IMG/VR virus record: IMGVR_UViG_3300012001_000008
Coordinates: 1 to 64,000 of that record
Direction: 5' to 3' (one strand)
Length of the DNA stretch: 64,000 bases
Origin: a virus
The position numbers and the translations under genes are program-made. Below are positions 1 to 7,604 of the stretch, piece by piece. The number at the start of each line of letters is the position of its first letter. Within the stretch, counting starts at the first letter, position 1. The notes below the pieces were generated by a model that worked only from the letters and a program-made list of their open reading frames with translations, did not search any database and was not told the origin of the DNA.

Positions 1-61
1 GAAGTACACCGTATGATGAAGGTAGCGCTCAGATTAACAATGGAAAAGATAAAAAATAAGC

Positions 62-90
62 TTGTGTTTTAGATAAAATAAGCGCATAAT
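62..90 (+). promoter_or_regulatory. Repeated sigma70-type phage promoter TTGTGT-N17-CATAAT (first of at least 17 copies)
   Basis: TTGTGT 62-67, CATAAT 85-90, exact 17-nt spacer, AAGAAAGG RBS at 104-111. Other + copies have -35 boxes at 6266, 6576, 7209, 8289, 10396. Minus copies (ACACAA on +) at 6244, 38634, 45906, 46513, 50959, 51873, 53224, 53476, 53805, 54666, 55975. Confidence 0.85.
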
Positions 91-117
91 TAATCTTGAA
101 ATAAAGAAAGGTATCAA

Positions 118-552
118 ATGGGATATTCAACAGATTTTAGTGGAGGATTAAAGTTTAATCGTGAGCTAACCCACAAGGAGTGGATGGAACTCAAGCGTCT
201 AGGCAACTGCGACTCTAAGCATGATGGATTCTATACCGAGTTCACAGACACACCTGATACTATCCCAGATTCTTACCTTCAATGGGAACCGAGCGAAGAC
301 GGCACTTCCTATGTTTGGAATGGCGGAGAGAAGTTTTATGACTACATCCACTGGCTTCGTTGGGTAATCAAACACTATATGATTCCGCGCGACCTTGTAC
401 TTAATGGGGAAATACGCTGGCAGGGCGAAGAAATGGAAGATGTTGGTGTCATTATGGCAACCGATAATAAGATAACTACAAGGAAGCTTGTTGTCGAGGG
501 GATGTGCGAATGTCCAAGTTGCGGACACAAGTTCGTGCCACAAAATGCTTGA
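118..552 (+). CDS. Hypothetical phage protein with C-terminal CxxC
   Basis: 144-aa ORF behind promoter and RBS; ends CECPSCG. Confidence 0.8.
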   Translation: MGYSTDFSGGLKFNRELTHKEWMELKRLGNCDSKHDGFYTEFTDTPDTIPDSYLQWEPSEDGTSYVWNGGEKFYDYIHWLRWVIKHYMIPRDLVLNGEIRWQGEEMEDVGVIMATDNKITTRKLVVEGMCECPSCGHKFVPQNA

Positions 553-861
553 AAGACTAATGATTGATATGATGTACTACCCAGTACAGACAACAATAGT
601 CTTATTAGCAGGATTTGCTATCTATTTCTTAGTTATATCATACATAGAAAAAAGGTGGTTAAAATAATGAAGCGAATCAAGGAAATGAGATTCATCGACT
701 GGATTATAGTGATAATACTTATCATTATGCTTGTATCAAGTGTAATGGGTGCTGTAACAAAATAGCCGTCAAATAGGCTCTGTACGGCGCTTGACTTCCG
801 AGTTGGGCGCATGTACCTTTTTCAAATAAAAACGCGCCAGAGACGCTTAGAAAGGCTCATA

Positions 862-1092
862 ATGCCACCCACGACAGACGAGGTAGACCACATCACGCCA
901 GAAGAACGTAAGGCTCTTGTGGGATTCTGTGATAACGACGAAGAGTGGTGGAAGTTCGACTGCCCGATTGATGATGCGCGTTGTCCTAAGTGCAATGCAA
1001 AACCAAGTAAACATAATGGCTTTCAGATAATGACACAACGCACATTTAACCCACAATTACACGGCAAGAAAAAACTCAAAAAAAGGCGCTAA
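862..1092 (+). CDS. Small hypothetical protein (CxxC)
   Basis: ORF 811..1092; start moved to ATG 862, which follows AGAAAGGCT. Confidence 0.55.
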   Translation: MPPTTDEVDHITPEERKALVGFCDNDEEWWKFDCPIDDARCPKCNAKPSKHNGFQIMTQRTFNPQLHGKKKLKKRR

Positions 1093-1097
1093 AACTC

Positions 1098-1126
1098 TTG
1101 CGCTAATATACTTCATTCTGTATAAT
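1098..1126 (+). promoter_or_regulatory. sigma70-type promoter TTGCGC-N17-TATAAT
   Basis: Exact spacing, upstream of the ORF at 1179. Confidence 0.7.
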
Positions 1127-1178
1127 AAGAGTAGAGGAAAAAACCTCGGAACACTTAAAAAAAGAATGGAGTAAGTCA

Positions 1179-1865
1179 ATGAGCTTATCAAACCAAACAT
1201 CAACAGTCAGCCCCGCAAAACACTTTTTGCGCGTAAAGAGCGGTAGTGTAAACTATTACGACAAAGAAGCACAGGACAACATCAATGTTCCACTGCCTTT
1301 GTCATTCGTAGTACTCGACCAGCTTGCAACAGTCAAGGGTTGGTCTGACAATGACCAAAGCGGTTATTGGAGTAACGAGGTCAAGTCAGCAGGACAGGAC
1401 GCAATCACAGTTCGTACATCAAAGGGCGTGAAAGCAACTGGTATCTGGAAAGACATTAAGAACGAACCAGCTGTTAGTGGCTCGAAGTTTAACGCTTCTG
1501 TCTACATCGCAGCCCCAGGACGTGACGGACTAGAGATTCAGAACATTGCGTTCTCAGGTGCTAGTCTTAACGCTTGGATTGAGTTCGTGAACGCGAACAA
1601 GGGTGTACTTCGTGGTAAGAACAAAGTTTCTATCACAGGTTTCTTGGACGCTAAAAAGGGTGCAGTCAAGTACCAAGTGCCAGTATTCGAAGCAGTAGAA
1701 ATTACTGAGGACGAACTTGCACAAGGAACTGCTCTCGACCAAGAGCTACAGGACTACCTAAACGGCTACTTTGCTAATCGTCCAGCTGAGGAAGTGCTAG
1801 AAGTAGCAACTGCTCACGACGAAGAAGACGGTACGCCAGTAGACCTTAGCGAGATTCCTTTCTAG
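1179..1865 (+). CDS. Probable phage single-stranded DNA-binding protein
   Basis: 228 aa, beta-rich core, acidic tail ending DLSEIPF typical of SSB C-terminal tips. Confidence 0.6.
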   Translation: MSLSNQTSTVSPAKHFLRVKSGSVNYYDKEAQDNINVPLPLSFVVLDQLATVKGWSDNDQSGYWSNEVKSAGQDAITVRTSKGVKATGIWKDIKNEPAVSGSKFNASVYIAAPGRDGLEIQNIAFSGASLNAWIEFVNANKGVLRGKNKVSITGFLDAKKGAVKYQVPVFEAVEITEDELAQGTALDQELQDYLNGYFANRPAEEVLEVATAHDEEDGTPVDLSEIPF

Positions 1866-1874
1866 GAACTCACC

Positions 1875-2243
1875 ATGCTTCTAGCAACTGCCGTAAAAGG
1901 TATGACGGAAGCTCGGAGCGCCCTCCAATCTGAGGAGGGCGTTTCTAATCCGTCTTATATCTCAGAGCATACACAAAGACTAGCGCAATATACGGGCGCG
2001 GTAGAGGAAACTCTCGCACTTGACGAAGAAGACCTTGTTATCAAGACTTCTGACCAGTATAAGTCATATATGGCAGCAGGTAAGTCGGCTAATGCAGCTG
2101 GCGAAATGCTAAAGTACGACTTCAAAGAAGAACGAGCCGAGATAGTTAAACTTACTCGACTCGCAAATAGTAGTTGGAGAATAATCAGCGCCTCTCAAAG
2201 TAGGGTGAAACACCTTATCGCAGAAGCGACAAACCAGATTTAG
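1875..2243 (+). CDS. Hypothetical helical protein
   Basis: 122-aa ORF with AGGA RBS directly after the SSB-like gene. Confidence 0.7.
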   Translation: MLLATAVKGMTEARSALQSEEGVSNPSYISEHTQRLAQYTGAVEETLALDEEDLVIKTSDQYKSYMAAGKSANAAGEMLKYDFKEERAEIVKLTRLANSSWRIISASQSRVKHLIAEATNQI

Positions 2244-2572
2244 ACCCAGTCACCAGGGACGCCGTTTTCTAATTCAGAGACGGCGTCTTTATGTATCATA
2301 GAACTAAATGCGTCAACATCACATTGCGCAACTTCGCGCATATTGATATGTGCTGGGTAATTATTCTCTAACATGTATTCAGATACCTCATTAAATGAGG
2401 GGTGAAGATTAAAGAGATAGCTTCCCTGCCCCTTTTCTTCATCACGAATAAAGAAGACATGATTATATAGGGCGAGTCTGCCCATAAAGGTGAATAAAAT
2501 TGTATTATCTCTTGTTGCCTCAAACTCTACCCCATCTGGGAAGCCAATGTGCATTGATGGTTCTTGTTCCAT
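2240..2572 (-). CDS. Hypothetical protein
   Basis: 110-aa ORF, start overlaps the upstream stop (TAATG). Confidence 0.75.
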   Translation of the reverse strand: MEQEPSMHIGFPDGVEFEATRDNTILFTFMGRLALYNHVFFIRDEEKGQGSYLFNLHPSFNEVSEYMLENNYPAHINMREVAQCDVDAFSSMIHKDAVSELENGVPGDWV

Positions 2573-2934
2573 TATCTGTATCCTATTTCTTTTAGCACTG
2601 TTTTTTCAAGTTCTAGTGCCTCTATTGTTAATTCTGCTAGGCTAGATTCGAGATAGTGAGAGCGTTCGTGCATAGCAGCTTTGCCTATTGCGCGACATAG
2701 CCCATCTATATCTCTATAAGTATCGCGTTCTGGTGTCCATAAACGCGAAACAGCCCTAAGAGTGTTATGTCCTAGAGCTGGTATAATCGGCACGACCTCG
2801 TGCATGTAGTCATGGTCAGGTCGTGTAAGTTTTGGTATGAGGCTTGGCGTTCCGCGTAGTTTTAGCCCTTCTGGACGAAGCGACCATTCGGCAGCTGGGA
2901 ATAATAGGTGGTGGCGAGAGTTAGCCCTCTCCAT
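2572..2934 (-). CDS. Hypothetical protein
   Basis: ORF track 2572..2955; likely ATG start MERANSRHH at 2934. Confidence 0.7.
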   Translation of the reverse strand: MERANSRHHLLFPAAEWSLRPEGLKLRGTPSLIPKLTRPDHDYMHEVVPIIPALGHNTLRAVSRLWTPERDTYRDIDGLCRAIGKAAMHERSHYLESSLAELTIEALELEKTVLKEIGYR

Positions 2935-3088
2935 CTCCCAGTCCTCGCTCGACACCTAAGCGTCCTAACATTCTAAGCGCGTACTCGCGTTGCCTTTCGG
3001 CATTCTCTAGCGCCTGTTCCCAATGCTCTCTCTGTAGAGGGCTAAGTTCCTGTGGGACTGGTAGGTAGCGCACGTTATCCTTTTCCAT
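2921..3088 (-). CDS. Small hypothetical protein, 55 aa (MEKDNVRYLPVPQELS...), probably leaderless
   Basis: Read from the sequence (below ORF-track cutoff); ATG 6 nt after TATAAT. Confidence 0.65.
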   Translation of the reverse strand: MEKDNVRYLPVPQELSPLQREHWEQALENAERQREYALRMLGRLGVERGLGDGEG

Positions 3089-3100
3089 ATCTTTATTATA

Positions 3101-4078
3101 CTATGAATAAACTTTTCCTTCAAATAGTAATTCACCTCTGTGGATTGGGGCATGGTCGAATGTATATTGACCTTCTCCAAAGTCGCGAATGACCATAGCG
3201 CTCTGTTGCCAGTTCTCGTAGCGCTCTACTGGCTCGTCATTGTGGTCTACACCAGAGTGGTAAGAGGGAACAATGCCATCAATACGACATAGCGCTCCGA
3301 CAACAAAGGCTCCGAAAGCATGACCGCGACGGTCTGTGTGATATTGTGTTTCGGCGCGGTGGGCGTGTCCTTGCACAACATGACGGTCTGGGTTCTCTTT
3401 GCCTAGCTTAAAGGCGGTCGAGCCAGAGGCTGTAGCAATCGTACCGTGCATAAAGGCGAGGTCATCAGCATATTGATATTCAGCAGCTCCATACCCTCCA
3501 TGGAACTCCCAGCCAATTTCCTCTAGTCTTAGAAGGCGATTCAGCTTAAAGTCTGGTACTTCGGCGAGAACGCCTGCATGTTTCAAGATATAATCTCCCC
3601 AGCGTTTTGCATGATTAGAATCGACGAGATGACGCTCTGCTTCTGGTGTTGCCTCCGATAGTCGCGCGTGCCAGTCATGGTCTGCCTGCAAAGATGGTGC
3701 AAGTGTGTTCTGGAAGTGAGTAGAGTCTGGTGCGAAGCGAGATAGTTCAGCGAGGTCAATATCGTCACCTAAATCTGCTAAAACATCTGGGTGTAGGTTT
3801 CGCGCGAGAGATAATACTGCATTCATAGCCTGTACGTCGTGTAGAGGCTCCATACGCTCTCCGATTCTACGAAAGCCTATTTGTGTGTCTCCAAAGGCTA
3901 GGATTGTCTTAGCGCCGATTTTACGCGCTCGTTTGCGGTTGAACTTTAGTGGAGATATTTCTACGGGCTTGATTTCTGGTACTGTCTCGTAGCTGTGGTT
4001 CATGGTCGTAGACCATTCATTCGTTTCGCGGTTAAAAGCGGAAACTTCCCACTCTTTTCTAAGTTGTCGTTCAGACAT
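3101..4078 (-). CDS. Calcineurin-like metallophosphoesterase
   Basis: Motifs GDTQ, LGDDID, SNH, MHG, GHAH in canonical order. Confidence 0.8.
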   Translation of the reverse strand: MSERQLRKEWEVSAFNRETNEWSTTMNHSYETVPEIKPVEISPLKFNRKRARKIGAKTILAFGDTQIGFRRIGERMEPLHDVQAMNAVLSLARNLHPDVLADLGDDIDLAELSRFAPDSTHFQNTLAPSLQADHDWHARLSEATPEAERHLVDSNHAKRWGDYILKHAGVLAEVPDFKLNRLLRLEEIGWEFHGGYGAAEYQYADDLAFMHGTIATASGSTAFKLGKENPDRHVVQGHAHRAETQYHTDRRGHAFGAFVVGALCRIDGIVPSYHSGVDHNDEPVERYENWQQSAMVIRDFGEGQYTFDHAPIHRGELLFEGKVYS

Positions 4079-4212
4079 AGTCTATAATCTCCTAATTTTT
4101 TGTGTTTTGAATTAGATTATAGGCTCGTCGGACTTGGGTATCTGTACTTAGTATAGCAATACAAAAAGCCAGCTAAAAAACTGGCTTGAAAGGTAATAAT
4201 GTGTGATAATTT

Positions 4213-4289
4213 TGGTGGGACTGGAAGGACTTGAACCTTCGACAATCTGCTTAAGAGGCAGCTACTCTAACCAACTGAGCTACAATCCC
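4213..4289 (-). tRNA. tRNA-Lys(CTT)
   Basis: Cloverleaf GGGATTG...CAGTCCC-A-CCA; anticodon loop CT-CTT-AA. Confidence 0.95.
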
Positions 4290-4519
4290 ATATGTTTGCA
4301 AGAACCGACCGTGCGCGTGGTTAAGGCACAGTTGATACAGTAGATTCTTATGTACTGAAAAGAGCGTGCTGGCATAAATACGTTTACCATTTCATTACAG
4401 CAAAAGCAACGAGGGCGACCATATTCTGCTATGAACTTGTCAATGAACTCGTGATTCAACAATCCTGGACGAACGTGCCGTCTTGCAGGTAAATCTGTTT
4501 GTTTTTTGACTATATCCAT
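4280..4519 (-). CDS. Small Cys-rich (zinc-finger-like) protein inside the tRNA cluster
   Basis: 79 aa, CFCC...CINC; TATAAT-N6-ATG; stop overlaps tRNA-Lys. Confidence 0.55.
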   Translation of the reverse strand: MDIVKKQTDLPARRHVRPGLLNHEFIDKFIAEYGRPRCFCCNEMVNVFMPARSFQYIRIYCINCALTTRTVGSCKHMGL

Positions 4520-4609
4520 ATTTCTATTATAAGGAAAGTGCTTAGGGAAGTTTTCGATATACTTTCACGAGGCAATTCCTGCTGGGTTTGCTCCCTATTG
4601 GCATAATTA

Positions 4610-4684
4610 TGGTGGAGTCGCAGAGAATCGAACTCTGGTTTCCTGCGTGCAAGGCAAGAGTATTAGCCACTATACGACGACCCC
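4610..4684 (-). tRNA. tRNA-Ala(TGC)
   Basis: Cloverleaf with G3:U70, loop CT-TGC-AC, encoded CCA. Confidence 0.95.
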
Positions 4685-4689
4685 ATATT

Positions 4690-4766
4690 TGGTGCCTTTG
4701 GAAGGACTCGAACCTTCAACCGCTTCGTTCGTAGCGAAGTACTCTATCCAATTGAGCTACACAGGC
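4690..4766 (-). tRNA. tRNA-Arg(ACG)
   Basis: Cloverleaf, loop CT-ACG-AA, encoded CCA. Confidence 0.95.
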
Positions 4767-4769
4767 ATT

Positions 4770-4844
4770 TGGTGGGCGATGTTGGATTTGAACCAACGAC
4801 TGGCAGTATATAAGACTGCTGTTCTGCCCCTGAACTAATCGCCT
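4770..4844 (-). tRNA. tRNA-Ile(TAT)
   Basis: Anticodon arm GCAGT-CT-TAT-AT-ACTGC, encoded CCA. Confidence 0.9.
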
Positions 4845-4850
4845 ATATTT

Positions 4851-4926
4851 TGGTAGCTCCCATGGGATTCGAACCCATACTTGAGGCGTTAGAACCACCT
4901 TGTCCTATCCGTTAGACGAAAGAGCT
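4851..4926 (-). tRNA. tRNA-Arg(TCT)
   Basis: Anticodon arm AGGTG-GT-TCT-AA-CGCCT, D-loop GGATA, encoded CCA. Confidence 0.9.
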
Positions 4927-5152
4927 ATATTTCTGCTTTAAGGTACTTGTTGAGCAACTCATTTATCTGGTTTATATGAACCATTCCTGATTGCGACAAC
5001 GCTATTTCGCCGAAGTGCCTACGAAGGACTTCGAAACCCTGTTCTAAGGCTTGCGCCTCTTCTTCTATTGTAATCTTTCTAACGTCTCTTAACAAGTCCT
5101 CTGCTTGGCGACGGATAAGGTTCTCATCTGGGTCTTTGCGATATGCTTCCAT
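4925..5152 (-). CDS. Hypothetical protein (75 aa, MEAYRKDPDE...) inserted between tRNAs
   Basis: 3' part of ORF 4925..5296; ATG 6 nt after TATAAT; the upstream extension overlaps tRNAs. Confidence 0.7.
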   Translation of the reverse strand: MEAYRKDPDENLIRRQAEDLLRDVRKITIEEEAQALEQGFEVLRRHFGEIALSQSGMVHINQINELLNKYLKAEI

Positions 5153-5166
5153 ATCCCTATTATACT

Positions 5167-5244
5167 TGGTGCGAGCGCAGGGAATCGAACCCTGTTCTTC
5201 TGGTTGGAAGCCAGACATAATATAAACCAGTATACTACGCAAGC
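5167..5244 (-). tRNA. tRNA-Gly(TCC), atypical acceptor stem
   Basis: Arm TCTGG-CT-TCC-AA-CCAGA; two mismatches in acceptor stem; encoded CCA. Confidence 0.85.
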
Positions 5245-5247
5245 GTA

Positions 5248-5324
5248 TGGAGCCGTGTTTCGGATTCGAACCGAAGACCTGATGCTTACAAAGCAACTGC
5301 TCTAGCCAACTGAGCTAACACGGC
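5248..5324 (-). tRNA. tRNA-Thr(TGT)
   Basis: Cloverleaf, loop TT-TGT-AA, encoded CCA. Confidence 0.95.
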
Positions 5325-5370
5325 ACGTCCAGGTGTTTAACGAGCTTACCCTGAAAGCTCAATAATTACT

Positions 5371-5446
5371 TGGTTGCGGGGGAGGGATTTGCACCCTCGA
5401 CCTTTTGCTTATGAGGCAAACGAGCTAACTACTGCTCCACCCCGCA
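5371..5446 (-). tRNA. tRNA-Met(CAT), initiator-like body
   Basis: GCGGGG/CCCCGC acceptor, GGAGCAG..AGCTCG D-arm, loop CT-CAT-AA, T-loop TGCAAAT. Confidence 0.9.
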
Positions 5447-5449
5447 TTA

Positions 5450-5525
5450 TGGTGGTTCGTGTAAGACTCGAACTTACGACAACTGGTATGTAACACCAGC
5501 GCTCTACCAACTGAGCTAACGAACC
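5450..5525 (-). tRNA. tRNA-Val(TAC)
   Basis: Arm CTGGT-GT-TAC-AT-ACCAG, encoded CCA. Confidence 0.95.
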
Positions 5526-5530
5526 GTACT

Positions 5531-5607
5531 TGGTTGGCGAGGAAGGACTTAAACCTTCGACCTCCTGTGTATCGGACAGGCGCTCTAATCAACTGAGCTA
5601 CTCGCCA
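5531..5607 (-). tRNA. tRNA-Ile(GAT), atypical loops
   Basis: Arm CCTGT-CC-GAT-AC-ACAGG (C33), T-loop TTTAAGT, encoded CCA. Confidence 0.85.
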
Positions 5608-5616
5608 TTATTCACA

Positions 5617-5970
5617 TTAAGAAATAATGTTGTTTGGGTCAAGGTAAGAAATGGCGTAGTTGTTATCTATCATCCACTTATTCACATTAACACCGTTGCT
5701 GATAATAATACCTAACCAACGCCCATACTTCTCTTTTTCGTCCTTGATTGTCTGTAGGGTGATTTGTTCACCTACTTGGATTTGAGTGAGTAGTGCGTCT
5801 CTAGAGGCTTCCCCCTGTGGTTTGGTGACACCTCTGATTTCAGGTGCATTTATTCCATAAATCCTAATTTTTAAGTTGCGCATTGTCATGTAAAGACCGA
5901 GGTCTACATCTACTGTGATTGTGTCTCCGTCATAGACCGAGACTACTGTTGCATTGTATATATAATTCAT
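5617..5970 (-). CDS. Thermonuclease (SNase)-family nuclease
   Basis: VYDGDTI, IRIYGINAPE and KYGRWL motifs. Confidence 0.85.
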   Translation of the reverse strand: MNYIYNATVVSVYDGDTITVDVDLGLYMTMRNLKIRIYGINAPEIRGVTKPQGEASRDALLTQIQVGEQITLQTIKDEKEKYGRWLGIIISNGVNVNKWMIDNNYAISYLDPNNIIS

Positions 5971-5990
5971 ATACTAATTATAGCAGTATT

Positions 5991-6065
5991 TGGTGGAAAT
6001 GGTGGGATTCGAACCCACGCTCGTTTGCTTAAAAGGCAAGTGCTGTACCGTCTAGCTTCATTTCC
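5991..6065 (-). tRNA. tRNA-Lys(TTT)
   Basis: GGAAATG/CATTTCC acceptor, loop CT-TTT-AA, encoded CCA. Confidence 0.9.
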
Positions 6066-6069
6066 TTAT

Positions 6070-6092
6070 AAAAAAGGAGCTATTGGCTCCCT
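6070..6092 (-). terminator. Intrinsic terminator (attenuator) immediately before the tRNA operon
   Basis: AGGGAGC-CAATA-GCTCC-TTTTTT, ending 4 nt before tRNA-Lys(TTT). Confidence 0.75.
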
Positions 6093-6124
6093 ATCGTTTT
6101 AATACTAATGTAAAAAAGATAGGG
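6089..6124 (-). promoter_or_regulatory. Antiterminator hairpin overlapping the terminator
   Basis: CCCTATC right after the leader stop codon pairs with GATAGGG, which includes the terminator 5' arm; inner TTTTA/TAAAA extends the stem. Confidence 0.65.
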
Positions 6125-6214
6125 TTACAGTTTGGCTTTGCCTCCACGAATGGCTACAGCAAAAGACGCCACTGTTGTGGTTCGCTTTGTCATAGTTGCT
6201 ATTGCTGCACTCAT
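6125..6214 (-). CDS. Putative attenuator leader peptide MSAAIATMTKRTTTVASFAVAIRGGKAKL
   Basis: 29 codons, ATG 6 nt after the TATAAT of promoter 6221-6249; 25 of 29 residues are amino acids carried by the downstream tRNAs. Confidence 0.7.
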   Translation of the reverse strand: MSAAIATMTKRTTTVASFAVAIRGGKAKL

Positions 6215-6220
6215 ACCCCT

Positions 6221-6294
6221 ATTATACATCATCGCGAAAATAAACACAAGCCCAATTTATTCTACTTGTGTTTTGGACATAAATAGCGCATACT
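6221..6294. promoter_or_regulatory. Back-to-back divergent promoters
   Basis: Minus: TTGTGT(6249-6244)-N17-TATAAT(6226-6221). Plus: TTGTGT(6266-6271)-N17-CATACT(6289-6294). Confidence 0.8.
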
Positions 6295-6302
6295 TAATTT
6301 CA

Positions 6303-6569
6303 ATGGATGACTTCAAGATAGGGGACATAGTTACGTCCCCACACACCAAAAAGCGCGAACGATATGGTAACGGAATGGTCATAGCTACTAAAGGCAAAGA
6401 AGAACCTATCATAACGGTCATCTTCCTCATGCAAGACCGAACATTTTTCACCCATAACTTTAGACAACATGAGTTGAAACTAACAGAAATTGACTGGGCA
6501 GAACGCCGACAGATTGAGCAAGCGAGAGACCTCCATAATAGTATCTTAAACGAGACATTTTCTATATGA
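6303..6569 (+). CDS. Hypothetical SH3/KOW-like small protein (MDDFKIGDIV...)
   Basis: 3' part of ORF 6132..6569, downstream of the promoter. Confidence 0.7.
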   Translation: MDDFKIGDIVTSPHTKKRERYGNGMVIATKGKEEPIITVIFLMQDRTFFTHNFRQHELKLTEIDWAERRQIEQARDLHNSILNETFSI

Positions 6570-6628
6570 AAAAGCTTGTGTTTTGGATAAAAAAAGAGCA
6601 TAATTGCAAGCCAGAAGGGTTAAACAAA

Positions 6629-6826
6629 ATGGCGAACAAAAAAAGCGGTCTCGAAAAATACAAATTAAAATACGAAGACAGCGCTCGTAAGTTCCGATTA
6701 AGTCCAACCTTCGGGCAAAAACAACCTTGGGTAGTTAGGGGATGGGACGCAATTGTAGGGGCATTTGCATACTTCTTTTATAACGTATTCTTGGCAATAA
6801 AAATAATCATAAAAGAGGTAATGTAA
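6629..6826 (+). CDS. Small membrane protein (MANKKSG...)
   Basis: Follows promoter 6576-6604; hydrophobic C-terminus. Confidence 0.6.
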   Translation: MANKKSGLEKYKLKYEDSARKFRLSPTFGQKQPWVVRGWDAIVGAFAYFFYNVFLAIKIIIKEVM

Positions 6827-7200
6827 TGTTCGACGCAAATATATTGTACTACGCTTACGATAACTTAGACGGAGACGACTTTGGTGTGGGCTACCTATCA
6901 AACAAAGAAGCATGGATTGAGCGTGTTAATAGTTGGGGTCGTAACAATGGTACGCGTAGCGATTTCACCATTGACGATTTCGAAGAACTTGACGCGACCG
7001 ACTTGCAGGGCGTTTTGCTCGCAGAAGTTGAGCCAATTGATAGCGACCATTTAGTGACTTGGGTCGTGGGCGAAGACGAGTTTTCTGTACAGATTGACAA
7101 AAAAGGCGACATTATTTGGAAAAATAATTCAACCAAAACAACCTCTGTTCCACGTTGGTTAAGTCGCCTAAAAAGAACACTAAAAGAATACAAAGTTTAA
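6826..7200 (+). CDS. Hypothetical protein
   Basis: 124 aa, GAGG RBS, coupled to upstream stop. Confidence 0.75.
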   Translation: MFDANILYYAYDNLDGDDFGVGYLSNKEAWIERVNSWGRNNGTRSDFTIDDFEELDATDLQGVLLAEVEPIDSDHLVTWVVGEDEFSVQIDKKGDIIWKNNSTKTTSVPRWLSRLKRTLKEYKV

Positions 7201-7291
7201 CAAAACGCTTGTGTTTTTAGAAAAAAAGAGTTATAATTGATTCCAGTGAACGACAAAAGAGCGTCACAAAAACAAAGAAAGGCTCAAAATA

Positions 7292-7546
7292 ATGAGTAAA
7301 AAAGAAGTATCGGAACCAAAAGTCACTAAGGCTCAACCCCTTGAAGACGAGAACAAGCAAGCAAAAGGTGTCTTCGTTCGTGGTATAATCGGAATAGTGT
7401 TGCTATTAGTCTTTGGAAGTATAGTCTTTAGCACCGTGGTCATTTGGAATGGCACGGACAACCCAATGTTTAAGATATTGGTTGCCCCACAAGCCATCTT
7501 TGCCCTAGTAATTGCCTTCGTAGCATTTTCAAAAATACTTAAATAA
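7292..7546 (+). CDS. Two-TM membrane protein
   Basis: Promoter 7209-7237, AAGAAAGGCT RBS, two hydrophobic helices. Confidence 0.75.
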   Translation: MSKKEVSEPKVTKAQPLEDENKQAKGVFVRGIIGIVLLLVFGSIVFSTVVIWNGTDNPMFKILVAPQAIFALVIAFVAFSKILK

Positions 7547-7604
7547 AAAAAGGAACAATTGTTAGCGAAACTTCCCAGGGTAATGCCTGATAAGCTGACG
7601 GACT

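Noticed and set aside
4851-4926. Possible amber suppressor (CTA) tRNA or stop-codon recoding
   Set aside because: Correct stem registration (AGGTG/CGCCT) gives anticodon TCT, and genes end normally at TAG, TGA and TAA.
4647-5715. ORFs 4647..4838, 4716..4898, 5105..5305, 5530..5715 and the 5' half of 4925..5296
   Set aside because: They overlap tRNA genes and are spurious frames.
6083-6302. ORF-track calls 6083..6286 and the N-terminal extension of 6132..6569
   Set aside because: They overlap the divergent promoters and leader on the opposite strand; the credible start is ATG 6303.
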